Of a stretch of DNA of 64,000 nucleotides, positions 1 through 13,412 are shown piece after piece. A program made the position numbers and the translations under genes. Numbering within the stretch: position 1 is the stretch's first letter; each line of letters begins with the position of its first letter. Source of the stretch: Chrysomallon squamiferum (lineage: Eukaryota > Animalia > Mollusca); the NCBI GenBank assembly GCA_012295275.1, contig CM022670.1:13268001-13332000 (forward strand), in the 5' to 3' direction. The notes beneath the pieces were generated by a model. That model did no database searches, was not told where the DNA came from, and worked only from the letters and a program-made list of their open reading frames with translations.

Positions 1-1460
1 TAATAAGCTCATACAGTTATAAATAAGTATTTTTCATACATGAATGTTAAATATAAAAAACTAAAACAATTATTTGCATGTTGCCTTATGCTAACAATTC
101 CATATATAATCATACAAATTATGGTTACGTATTTTTAATATGTATTGGGGAAAAAAAAAAATAAAAAAAAGAAAAAGAAAGAAAAAAAATTAGAACATAT
201 TTTTTCCCACCCACAGAATCAAAGTGCAAACAAATCTATATATAATTGCTGTTTGACAAAAATAGTAACATGTTTGTGTTTATCATATCGGGGTTTCAGC
301 ACTGATTAGAAGATATCAGACTGGATGAGGCTGTTTTCTCCACTAATACAATATAAACGACTTCGGTAAAGCATTTCATCTCACTTCTCAATTAGCTGGT
401 TTAGTCACCACTGGCACCCATCCAGGGGAAGTTGTCACATCTAATCAAAACTTTTCATCACTATCTTCTACTTTGTAATATTTAAAAAAAAAAAAAAAAA
501 AAAAAACAAAAAGAAACAACCCAGAAATATTAACAATAAAATTATATTTAAAAAAGCTGGTAAGAAACAAGAATTAAGCAAGTTCATGTACTTTTTTTAA
601 GTTAAACAGATTTATTGCATACTTTGAAGACATACTGGAGCTATTAAAAGTGTGGTTAGATTTGGCAAATGTTCTAATTGCGTTTTATTTTCATACACTC
701 TTTTATACTAATTGAAATATAATATGTATTTGTCAGAGTATATAAACTGTAGATTATAACACAAGTACATCTTCTGATGTGGAATTAATAATCTAAATAT
801 AAAACTGCAGTGGGATCCAATTATTCATCTGGCAATCTTTCTTTGCTCTTTAAAGAAACAAAATTGTTCTGGAAGTTAATAAAAGTTATTCATCAGTTCA
901 CCCATTACGAAGTAACTAACATTACTATCACAGTGTTTAAAATATCTATCACGAAATTCAGAATGATCTGTGTATTTTCATAAATTCATCCATTTATTTA
1001 TACACAAGTCATAATCAAAACTATCGTCTGTAAAGCATGCTAGCATTAAGTAAAGATCTGTTTTGAATTGGTAAGCCAAGAGTTTCTCGGTCTGTCTGTG
1101 TTAATGGATTGGTTAATAAGAAAAAGGATATGGTGGTATCATACCATCTCAGATGTTAAGGATCTTGTACTAAGAGTTGACCCCAGAACCTACATGTTCC
1201 ATCCATGTCTGGTGATACGACCACTGATACTGATCACAGTCAGCAGTCATTATTCCTTTTTCACTAAACACTTTAATAACACAGCTTAGAATAACCACTG
1301 TGTCAAGGATTTTGTTTCACTGTCTTTCCAGTAAAAAGCCTAATGACAGGTCTCAGTAATGAACTGCAGCAGTGGGAGAAAAGAAAGAAAGGAAAAAAAA
1401 GGATAATGGCTTAACATGTTTGCACCCTGGCTGTAATTAAAGCAAACAAAGCTGTAATCG

Positions 1461-1594
1461 TGTGTCACGGAATAACAGTTTTGTGTAATTAATTTGAGTG
1501 AATCTGTGTCACAGGATAACAGTTTTGTGTAATTAATTTGAGTGAATCTGTGTCACGGGATAACAGTTTTGTGTAATTAATTTGAGTGAATCTG
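1461..1594. repeat. 44-bp tandem repeat, 3 copies
   Basis: TGTGTCAC(G/A)G(A/G)ATAACAGTTTTGTGTAATTAATTTGAGTGAATC starts at 1461, 1505 and 1549. Confidence 0.9.
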
Positions 1595-2039
1595 TTAACA
1601 GGTAGTGCAGCAAGACAGTGATGTCTTCCTCGTTTGTTGTTAAAATATCTCAGATGACTTTAGGCTTATTAAAAATAACTTAGACCTGTGTTATTAAAAT
1701 ATTTGATGTGATTCTAGGCTTGTTAAAGATACCTTACTATTTGATTTTTTTAAGACCTATCTTATTAAAATATTTTAGATGATGTTAGCTACTTATAAAA
1801 CAATCCTTATTCAGTTATTGCTTGATTTTTTTAAAAACCTATCTTAGACTATAATCCATGACTGTGACTGTGTCTACAGTTGTGTGTCTGTTACCATACA
1901 TGTACAGACAGGTGTTTCTTTCTTTTAACATCAGTCAGTGACAATAAAGATGATAACACTGCAGTGCAGTTCTTTTTAACAGAATTCAACATTTATTCAT
2001 TTTGTGGGAAAAAAATCTTGACAAGCCTTTGATGCAGAT

Positions 2040-2260
2040 GTGTTTGTGTTTTTGTGAGTGTCAGTGTGTGTGAGTGTGTGTGTGTTTGCATGTGTGTGTG
2101 TGTGTGTGCGGGTGTCTGTGTGTTTGTGTTTGTGTGTGTGTGTGTGTGTGTTTGTGTGTGTATATGAGTGGGTGTGTGTGTGTTTGTTATTGTGTGTGTG
2201 TGTGTGTGTGTTTGTGTTTGTGTGTGTATGTGAATGTGTGTGAGTGTGTGTGTATGTGTT
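2040..2260. repeat. Compound (GT)n microsatellite
   Basis: Interrupted GT run. Similar (CA)/(GT) tracts are at 3121-3160, 5639-5834, 6265-6385, 10021-10065, 19638-19675, 27264-27395, 28040-28203, 51901-51941 and 58160-58224. Confidence 0.95.
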
Positions 2261-3116
2261 TTTCTTAATAATGCCAGTTTTAACTCACACTTTATCAACA
2301 GGATGTTTTCTTTGATGCATAAATAGAAAATTAAGTTATACTGGTGGATGATGCTTCATTGTCGTGATACCTGGAATGTTGTTTACAACTATTTTCATCA
2401 CATTAGATTACTGCCACACATGAAACAAATTCTTCAGGCTCTGTGTACTTTTGGGGAGTTCCACATCAACCATCCTACATTTGTACAGAAAGATACATTT
2501 TGGTAAATGCATTTTGCTTATACTGGATGTTTTTGCATTTGTGTGTGTAATGTGTATAAGTGTGTGTGTGTGTGTGTGTGTGTGTGTTCTGTGTGTGTTA
2601 TACAAATCAGACAAACATTCCATAGTTTATTATTATTATTTTTTTTTTTAAATTTATTATTCTGATGTTGTTAATTTCACTGACTGATCAGTTATACTTT
2701 ATATATATGTATATATTTATATATATAGTCATAGTTTTGTGTGTACTAATTGATTTGGATGGGCTCAGACTAATCCATCATGCTTATGTCCATTCATTTT
2801 TACATTTTCACAATTCAGATCTTTTCTCTCAGTTCACTGGACAAATGTTGTTCATTTCCTCTTGCTGATTAACATTATACCTCTGTGAATAATCTCTTGG
2901 ATTTTATTTCTTTTTGTTTTTGTTTCATTTTTGTTTATTTTTCTGTAATTTTATAAAACTAAAAACACATGTTATTACTACTATTACTACTACTATTGAT
3001 TTATTTATAACAGTAATTAATAGGTATTAAATTGATAAATTTCTAAATTTACATTTATATATATATATATATACTGCCATCAATCCATTCATCTGTCTAT
3101 CCATTCTTACAAGAAG

Positions 3117-3164
<48 letters not shown>

Positions 3165-3797
3165 TATACACACATCACTCATGTTGACCAACATTTCTTT
3201 ATACAATTTCTTCAGTCAAAAATATTTTATTATTATTATTATTATTGGTTGTATTTTTGTGGATTTTTGTTCAGTTTTATTATTTATTTATTTATTTATT
3301 TTGTTGTTGTTGATGTTGTTATTATTTTTTTTATTTTTTTTTTGCTCCAGTCTTACCTATATATAACTCTGCTTTACTTAAGCTACATACTAATGCAGTG
3401 AGGACAGAACACAAGAGATATTTTCAGTTGTTTGATACACCAACCTGTTGCTGATTCTTGTCATGGTTGTCTAAAAAACCCCACCTGTATTAGGGAAATA
3501 CTAAAACATACTTGTACCGGAGAACCTATGATAACACATTGGATAAATTCACTAGTAGTAGGAGTGGTGTATCAGTATGTAAAAGTGAAAAAACAAACAC
3601 TAGTAAGTCAGTTTTAGCTCACAGTGAGGTTTTTTTTTATAATACACATCACATGTCCAGAACATACCATTTCATCTGAGTCACTGTTTTTCACTTTCCG
3701 CTGTCTCTCTCTCGCTATATTAGGAATCTGTTTGCAATGCACAGATCTCTCACCTATTGTTATCACAATGTTGTTATTTTTTTCAAGTTTGTGCATC

Positions 3798-3830
<33 letters not shown>

Positions 3831-5637
3831 CTTCTCAGTGTGTGTTTTAGGTGAGACATTTTGGGACAGCAAGTGTGCTTTTGTCAGAAATAGTTTGTTG
3901 GCTCGACCTTGTTTTGACTGGTGCAAACAAATGTTAGGATACCTTAATCTCATCACTTTTTTCTCTCTCACTCACTCACTCACACACTCACTCACTCCTC
4001 CTCCTCTTGCTGTTAATAAATAGCTTTTACTCTTCAGGGGAACGCAGTAGACTTTATCTCGTTCATTTTGAGCTGATCAGTGAGAAACCTTTCCCTGTAT
4101 ATTTTATTAATAAAAATTATATTGTTTGACTGGAACAAGAAAAAAATATATATATATCGGTTATATGTTGATTATAGGTGCAGTATATGCTATTTTATAT
4201 TTTTTTTGATCCACTTTCATCAAGGATTTCAAGGTTTTTATAAGAATAGAAAATACTTTATTCTAAGTTTAGATGTCTAATTTTGAATCTGCTTCCTGAT
4301 TTTGACTTATTTACTTTATTTTAAGATAAAAAAGAATACAGCGAACATCGTTTTAGAACCTATAATTCACATTCTGAAATTCACTGAATTAATTAATTTT
4401 AGAAAAGGGGATACATTTTGTAATTTCTCCTTTGTAGAATTTCATAAATTAACTGAATTAATTTTAATTTTTGTTTTTCACGATCTCTTGAACTCAGTTT
4501 TCTGGTTCTCTGCCTGGCATAAAAGAAGAAAGTGCGTACTAATGAATCTGATAAACAGTTAATGTTTAGAATGGGAAAACAGAGCAACCAGTGGATGTTT
4601 GGTGGGGAAAATTCACATAATTTGTCTGTGATCATTCCTTGCTGACTGACCGATTAAATCAGTCTGTATACAGCTCATTTGTGTGTAATGTACACAGAAG
4701 TACTTCTGCTGGATTCATTGACACCATTGGTAAAAGGAGGACATCTGCTTTATCAATAGGAACAGACAGAAGTGCAAGATTGATGATGAGTTTTATCTGC
4801 CTGGTTTACACGTACTGCCAACACGACTGGTGCCACCGTGTACCACAATGTACATTGGGAATAGGTAGACCATGTTTACACACTCAGTTCCAAGTCCCAT
4901 CCAGTCTGGCCAGTGTTTTCAGAGTACACACTGGACAATGGGTGACCACTGCCTGATACTTAACAGCATTACTGAAACCAGATCTTTATTTTTTAAACAA
5001 CAGCATATGTCCACTATATATTATAAACAACAGCATTATGTCTACTACACCTGTAGAGGCTTGAAGCTGTAGCAAGAACATGTACGTACGTTAAATGCAG
5101 TGTACTGCCATGAAGTTAAACCACCACATGTTTATAGAGATCATTCACAGTTTGCCATTTTCCATCGTTTCTTGTGTACTTATTACGTCACTTCTTCGAC
5201 AGAAATGCAAGAAGTCATGATAATCTAGCATCTTTGCGTTGATTTATTTACTTGTTTATCTTTGGTGAGCAAATCCAGACACGTGCACAATTTATTTACA
5301 CGCTGTCATTTTGAACTGTGTCAGGAAAAAGTAGTGTTCTTAAAAATGGACACCTAATGTATTTTCAAGATAAGATAAGATTTGTAATTTTTTTTTTTTT
5401 TTTTTTTTTAATCTTAAAAGATTTTGATTTAGCTTAGTAAGGACTGAGTTTGCTTGCCTCAAGATTTGAGAGATAATGCAATGTATTAACAAAGTAATGT
5501 ACATTCACAGTAAATTCACATGCATACACTGGGTTTGTTTGGATGTATATTTGAACACATCTCACTTCTATACAAGTAAGTAATCAAATAGGTATTGACA
5601 TACACCAAAGACTGTTCACATAATTATACATCAACAT

Positions 5638-5710
<73 letters not shown>

Positions 5711-5783
5711 TACATATGTTTACTTTTGTATACACAAACACACAAGCAGACACTCTCAACTCAAACAAACACAAACACACATG

Positions 5784-5840
<57 letters not shown>

Positions 5841-6314
5841 CAGCATAAAAAGTTGAAAAAAGCTAAGAGCTGAGAAAGAAAAGGCAGATATTTTGATTCT
5901 GCATGTAAACAGTCGGCACCATTTATTTTGTGTTGATGATGGACGGCTGCAGGTTACCTGTCTGTTTTCCTGGACGGGAACACTTTGCCTGCTCGTCCTC
6001 ACAGCACTGATGGAATATGCAGATTTGTTTGGCCTATTGCTATGGTAGCCACAAAAGAAAACACCGTGCATGTACTCCAGATGCTGGTAGAATAAACTCA
6101 ACTTAGGTCTGTGCAGCTCTGTACAGAACAGTTTAATATTTATTTGTTTGTTTATTCTGACAAGAAAAAAAGAAGAAGGTAATTGCATGTGCATCCAGAC
6201 ATATGTATGTATGTGTGATTGTACATATGTATGATAATGTATATTTCTTATGTATTTGTATATATGTGTGTGTGTGTGCATATGTATATGTGTGTGTGTG
6301 TGTGTGTGCATGAC

Positions 6315-6346
<32 letters not shown>

Positions 6347-9300
6347 CATGTGTGTGTATATATGTGTGTGTATGTGTGTGTGTATATATATGTATATAAT
6401 ATGTGTGTCTGTTCATATACACTACTCCTTTGTGTTTTTTATTAATGCAGTAATCAGATGGCTAAAATAAATAAAAGATGTTAGTTAAAATAAAGAAACT
6501 AAAGATAAAAACAAACAAACAAACAAAAAAATAAGAAAACAATAATAATAATAATAATAATTTAAAAAATAATAATAATAATAATTAACTGTAGATGTGG
6601 TGAACTGCAGTCTGATTTGTTGACACTCTGTATAATAACTGTACCTGCTAGCCATCACCTTAAAAACCAACAACACCCCCCCCCCATAATACCCCACACC
6701 TAATGTTATCAGAACTTTTAATTGCATTCCACTGGCAAAATTCCGAGAACAAAAAGTCTTGCTAGTTCTATTTTTGGCAGGCTGACTTATAATTGACATT
6801 TTACAAAAATAATGTATGTTTCTTGGCCATGCTTGTGGGTGTAAATCGAATGTGAAGAAGTGCCAGCCATTTTTTTTTTTTTAATTTTTTTTTAATTTTT
6901 TTTTTCTCTGTATGTAACAGGTTATATTCTACCTGTTTGCAGCCATCAAGTGTCACTGTTCAAATACATTAAATAAAATAACAGGCATTAAATGTTTTTT
7001 TTTTTTTTAGCGGATTCTCTTTATTTTTAATTGCTGAAAACTGAATGGATCTGTTGTCTGTCTATAAGCATCCATATATTATCATGCATGCATGAACACA
7101 TGCACACACAAACACACACATTCTTTTTCACATATATGCACTGCAAACACATATATAGCCATAGATCTTTATATACTCATGTATACATAATTTCTATGTT
7201 CATAAAAATATGCATATCGAATACACATAAATACTGATCACACATAATTTGCATGCTTATACAAACTCATACATTCATATATGCATATGCACTAACACAG
7301 ATACTTAAATATCACACAGACAAACATATTTGTGCACACATATACCCTGACAAGTGATACATAATACACTAAAGGCATCTCAACAAATGTGTGTGTGTGT
7401 GTCAAAATTTAAATAAACCATATTTACATTTTACAGTCAACAGTGATACATGAAATTTAAAAAAAAAAATTATTTTGCGGTTCCGAAAATGTTCAGACAA
7501 TTTATTATTCAAAACCATTTTACAAAATAACCTTTGAAATGGTATCAGTTACATTTAATATATGACATAAAATTACTGTAAACTATCTTGAAGTCAACAT
7601 GTAGCAAACCAAATTAGGATGCATCTGTATCATTGTTTTGTGTATTACATGATTCGTTTAGCAATGTTTTGTGTTGTCTTCAACTTTAGTAAGCTAAGAA
7701 ACAGGCGCCCAAAGGATTGATGATCTGAAATGATGATAATGATGATGATAATGATGATAATAATAATAATAAATACAAATTAATGAAAAAAAACGTTGCA
7801 ATTTTTTCGAGATACATAACTCATAGTTTTTCAGTCATTTTGGATATCAATCATGTTTAGATTGTCAGTGACTTCGGGTACCAGTTATTGAAACAGGTCC
7901 TGTGTGTGGATATGGTAGTTTTGTATGCGGTGATATGAAGATGATAATTAACAATGTCTGACTAGTTTAGACAAGTTGTTCATGTTTATGTCATTAGTGT
8001 ACTGCTGTGACTGAAAGAGGAGCAACAACCATGAAAACAACTGAGATTTTCATAAAATCGTGTGTGACTGCTTGTCTCCTTTCATCATCTTTCACTGTTT
8101 CGGTCTTTAGCTGTGAAACAACAAGTTGTGAACCCAGCGAATGATTGTTAAGTGTTTCCTAGGATAGTGGTCTGTCCAGCTAACATGTAAATATGTGGTT
8201 TGTTTGTAAATGTGCATCTCGTACTTAACATATTTTTAATTTGTTTTTCTCTTCTTTATCTGTCTGTCTGTCTGTCTAAGTATCTCAGTCTCTGTTTTTT
8301 CTGGGATTTTTATGTATAAACATTTTTGTTTTTATCCCACCTCCATTTTTCTGTGTGTGTTTTTTGGTTTTGTATCTTTATTACACTCTGTGTTTTCTCT
8401 GCCTCTCATTCCCACTTTCTTTCTCAATTTGTCTGTCTGTTTCTTTATCTTTCTCTGTTTCTTTTTTTGTCCTTCTGTCTCAATCTCTCTTTTTTCTCTC
8501 ACTCACTGACCCTCTTTTTCTCTCAGACACCATTTATATTTTCTTTTTAAAATCAGTAAAACTGACGTGCTTTGTAATTAACTGTATATAGTGATGTAAC
8601 ATCACACTTACAGTTACAGTGATAATTGTATAGTAGGAGATGTAGTAACAAGAAGACATTGAAAAATATGAAAAATTTAGAATATTTATATAAACGAAAG
8701 AAAAACTAAATAAATTTAATTAAAATTGGTACATTTTTGCATTGATATCTTTGATACACATTCTTATTGTTCTTTTATTAAAAATAATAAATAATGAAAA
8801 ATAAAATCTTTAAAAAACACAAGAATAGACTCAGAAGGCTAAAACTCTGAACTCAGACTTTTTTTGTTTTGATTTCTTGGACTTTGATGAAAGGTTTTTA
8901 AAAAGAAAAAAGTTAAATATTGTTCTTGTACCATATTTAACACTTGACCTCCAGCATTTATACACTCAAGTTTAAGTAGGTGTTCTGCAATGTCTTCAGG
9001 ACATTTATTGATGGAGATGTTAAACTTTGATCTGATGCAAAAAACAGATTTTTCAGTTTGCATAACTTGACTGGTCACTTGATCAGTTTTCCTCCACATT
9101 CACATTGCACTGCTTCCTGGTCCAGCCAGTTGAACCAGGAATCATATGTGGAAAAAAAATTGATTCTTCCTTTCCTGTGTTTGGGAAGGTGCAGATTGAG
9201 ATATTCTGCAGTGGATTTCCTTTCTTGTTACATAATCATTGCTAAATCAGTTTCATTTCTAAGCCGTTAATTTAAAATTGTACTGAAAAGTTATGGAAAC

Positions 9301-9769
9301 AGAGATCAGTTGTTTGGTTGTTATTGTTTTGTGGTGGGTTTTTTTGTGGGGGCTTGTGTGTGTGTGTGTTCTTATATATTTTTATATGTATATATATTAT
9401 TAATTCCTTATAGGATAAAGAACATTGTAAATAAAATTGTATATAAGAATATTTCTGTTTTTGTTTCACTGTATTCATAAGTAAATGATAAGTAACATGT
9501 CATCACTACTTTTTATTTTTAACATTTATTGGAGAAATCAATAACCTAATGAATAACTGAGTATGTAAAAGTGATATGATAACAATTTTATTAGGCAGAA
9601 CACTGGTTCTTATAGATACCAGGGAATCAAATTGTATTTAGACTCCCTGGTCGAATGCTTTCAGAGAGCTGTATTGTGATTAGAGTTTGATCTACTTTGA
9701 CCTAAATGTTACAGTTTAAAATTTAAAAAACAAATTTCATTTATTTATTATTTCACATGTATGATTGTG

Positions 9770-9990
9770 GATAGATATATCAGGGTAGATTCATACCATG
9801 AAGAACAACTTTGATAAACCACAGAAATACTGAAAATGCACACAAACACAGCATATTTTATCTTAATAGTACAATTCTTTATTTGCTTATACGTTCAAAC
9901 CTGAGCTTTATGTCTGATTTATCAAAGGGCATGGTATGTACTGTCTTGTCTGCAGAAAGATGTATGTAATAAAAAAAAATGTCTTTGGTT
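9770..9990. mobile_element. Two oppositely oriented fragments of the same SINE-like family
   Basis: A minus copy at ~9780-9825 (TGGTTTATCAAAG..CATGGTATG) and a plus copy at ~9913-9965 (GATTTATCAAAGGGCATGGTATGTACTGTCTTGTCTG). Confidence 0.45.
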
Positions 9991-10017
9991 ATTTGAAAAA
10001 GAAAACCCCAGTTGTGG

Positions 10018-10066
<49 letters not shown>

Positions 10067-11129
10067 ACCACACTATAACATCATATACACACTAATATAC
10101 CACCATACGCAAAACATAAACGTGCACGTACACCCCCACCACCCTCACTACCACCCCCACCACCAATATGCAATAGAATAATCATGGGTGCTGGCAGCAG
10201 AACCGAGTTTGAGTTACCTCCCTTTGTTTACATTTCCTGGCTGCTTGCCCAGGAGTGTGGGAGTACTGCAGCTGTTGGCTGTGTCTATCTGAGTCTACTG
10301 TCGAGGAAGTCAGTCTCACAACACACTGCTTTTACAACACAGACAGAAATAGCTGGCACAAGTAACTTTTAAAAAAACACAAAACCCCCCCACCTCAGTG
10401 TTATAGAAAAGTAGGGGGGGGAAAAGCTACATATTACCTAATGAAATTCATTAACACTTTGATGAGCAGTTGCTGATTCATTCCACAGCAATCAGTGCAT
10501 GTCACAGTATAAATAAATCAAGATGTACAGCGTCTGCCAAGTCTTTGTTTGTTCATCGTCAGTTTTTAATGTTCCCCTGGAGGAAAAGAGGAATTTAATA
10601 TGGCCACCAGACTGTTTGAGAGACTGTCAGATTAATTCTAGTTAACGGATAATAAATATCAAATTAAAAAAAAAGTTATTATCATCATCATTATCTATTC
10701 TGTTGTTGATAATTATTGCTGTTACTGTTATTACCAGTAAGAATACTGGTATTAATTTATTTTGGAGATGGTTAAGATTTAAAATGCTCATTTAAAAGGT
10801 TTAATAAACATATTTCCAAAATTATTGTGTGTTTTTTTTGTTTTTTTCATCTGCATAGTCATACATATGCACACTGCCAACAGAACATGATCACATATAA
10901 AAAGTTAGCTTGTATTCATTTTACATTTATATTCAGTTTTTCACTCATGCTGATTTTATTAACTCACTCAGTATCAGTTACTTCACTCACTTTTATGTGT
11001 TTCACTCATATTTAGCTGTGTGATTCATTTCAGATTTTTTACTGATTTACTTCACTTACATGTAATCAATTTGTTTGTGATCAGTTATTTTCTCTTTTCC
11101 ATTATTTACATTGATTTTTATAATTCATT

Positions 11130-11380
11130 ATTACAATTCAGTTATTTAACTTATAAATACTTTCAGTTATTTTCATTTATAATAAAATTTAGTTATTTCA
11201 TTTATAATTAAATCCAGTTATTTCATTTATATTTGCATTAATTTATTTCACTTATAAACATATTTCGTTTTTTTTCACTTAAAAAGTTATGTTCAGTTAC
11301 TTCACCAAGAATTACATTCAGTTAATTTGTATGTAATCATGTTCAGTTATTTCATTTGTAACTACGTTGAGATATTTCAC
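11130..11380. repeat. Degenerate ~22-bp tandem repeat
   Basis: Recurring ATTCAGTTATTTCA(T/C)TTATAATT-like units. Confidence 0.6.
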
Positions 11381-13210
11381 TCACAAAAGAGAAGAGTCTC
11401 TCTCTCTCACTGAAAGTGTTCACTACAACACCCAGGTAATCAGTTTACACACATAATTACCTGTCTGATGTGTTCTCCCTGCCTTCACTGCCATTTCTCT
11501 AACGTCTGTTTTATCTGCATCACCAAACACAGACATCTAACCTTTTGATCATTTATTTTACATTATTAAAAAAAATGTGTTTGTTGTTACAGTATATATA
11601 TTTTTTATCATACTTTTTCCTTTTTCCTTTTTTTTTTTTAATCTTTGCCCATTAAATGATTATTTACAGTTGACATTTCAATGCTGACATTTCGCAGACT
11701 TCTGTCACGGAGACAATATATTCATAATTTTTACAGTGAATTCAAATGTCATACAAGATTTTGTAATTTTGATTTTTAAATATGAAAAAGATTCAGGTAA
11801 ACAACACATTAGGATATGTCTGTTTATCAATATATTAATTTCAAAGTTATTTTAGTTATATATTTTGTGTGACTGTGTATGTGTGTGCATGCGTGAGTGC
11901 ATGCATGTGTGTGTTCAGAAGATTTAGGGTTGTTTGAGTGGAAAGGTTGCATTAATCTAAATCTGACAGAAGAAATTTAAGACATAATGTTAGAAACAAA
12001 TGATTTTATAATCATGACGTTGCTTGTCTTAATTTTGTTTATCTTCATTTTGGAAACTGTGTGAGTTTTTCTTTCATTTTTGTAAGGTGGCTGATAAATT
12101 AGGAATACAAAAATAGCTTTACATGAAAAGAACACATAAAAACACCTACTCTAATTCTGATATGGAATATGTGTTAATAAATGCTAGCATGTTAAGCTAT
12201 CATTCATATTTGCATCTAATTATATTGATGATGATGTTGATAATTAAAAATAAAGAATAATAATCAAAACCATCACTTCTACTACCAACACACAAACAAA
12301 CATGCATGCACATGCACATCCACACACAGACTACAGATTTGACTCCTAATATCATATTTGAAGTAACTGAAGTAAACATTGTTATATTTTGTTTTATACA
12401 TACTTAAGGCAAAGAAATATATAGACACATATACAAAAACTTCATCTTTTCTTTCTTTCTAATATTTCTTTTTCTTTCTTCTTCCCCTTTCTATCTCTAT
12501 TTCTCTCTGTCTCTCTCTCTCTCTCTGTCAAAAGCCAAAATGCTTATGCATATTCACTTTCATACACTTACATTAATCACATACATATTTATCTTTTCTC
12601 CAGATTCATTTCTTAACAGAGCTGTTGTCCTTTACTACTAGGTGGAGTTGAAAAACATATGTTGTCATATATAACAACATGCTTCTCTAATGCATGCCTC
12701 ATTTGGGAAAAGGTATGGCTTAATTGCAGTGCTTGTGGCCTAGCATTGTGAGACAAGTAGTGAAAGTTGTGAACAGTTAGCTAAGCCAGAGGTTATCCAA
12801 GCTAGACATTCCAGTATATAAACACCACACACATTTCATGCTGTGTCTTTACCAGATCTCTGCTGAATTTTGGTCAAGGTCGTTTCCAATTCTTTTAAGA
12901 TGTGGAGCACTTTGTAGTTGTAATTCTTGATGTTATTTTATCAGAGGTGTTCTTTTTATACAGTTATATGTGTAGTGGGTTTTTTTTATTGTTGTTGCTG
13001 CTGCTGCTGTTCTTGTTGTAGTTGTAGTTGTTGTTGTTATCTCAGCATAAACAAACAGATAAATCTATGTTATAGATATTAATGACAATAAATTATAAAA
13101 GAAGAAATTTTTTACTTCTGTTCACTGTTTTACTTCTTCACCAATATTACAAGTAATCGGGAGGTTATATTTTAAAAAACCCATTATAGAACAGGTTTTT
13201 TTTTACATCA

Positions 13211-13412
13211 CTTGGCAGGTTCAGGATAATTCACTGGTATCAATCCTGTAAGTAATCAAGATATCAGTGATTACCTGTAAAATACATCATAACACAACTT
13301 TTTCTACATATTCTTTGGCAGGTTCGGTGTAATTTACTAGTGCCAGTCCTGCAAGTTATCAGTGTGTGTATGGGTTACCTGTAAAACACATTATAACACA
13401 GCTTTTCTTCAT
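13211..13412. repeat. Diverged ~103-bp tandem dimer
   Basis: TTGGCAGGTTC..TCCTG(T/C)AAGT(A/T)ATCA..TTACCTGTAAAA(T/C)ACAT(C/T)ATAACACA occurs twice in succession. Confidence 0.75.

Noticed and set aside
1993-4023. Numerous HT/CV/F-rich short ORFs (also throughout the window)
   Set aside because: They are artefacts of (CA)n, (GT)n, poly-T and (AAT)n repeats.
5631-6422. 263-aa minus-strand ORF
   Set aside because: Both ends are CA/GT microsatellite translations; the central unique part has no recognisable domain or convincing splice sites.
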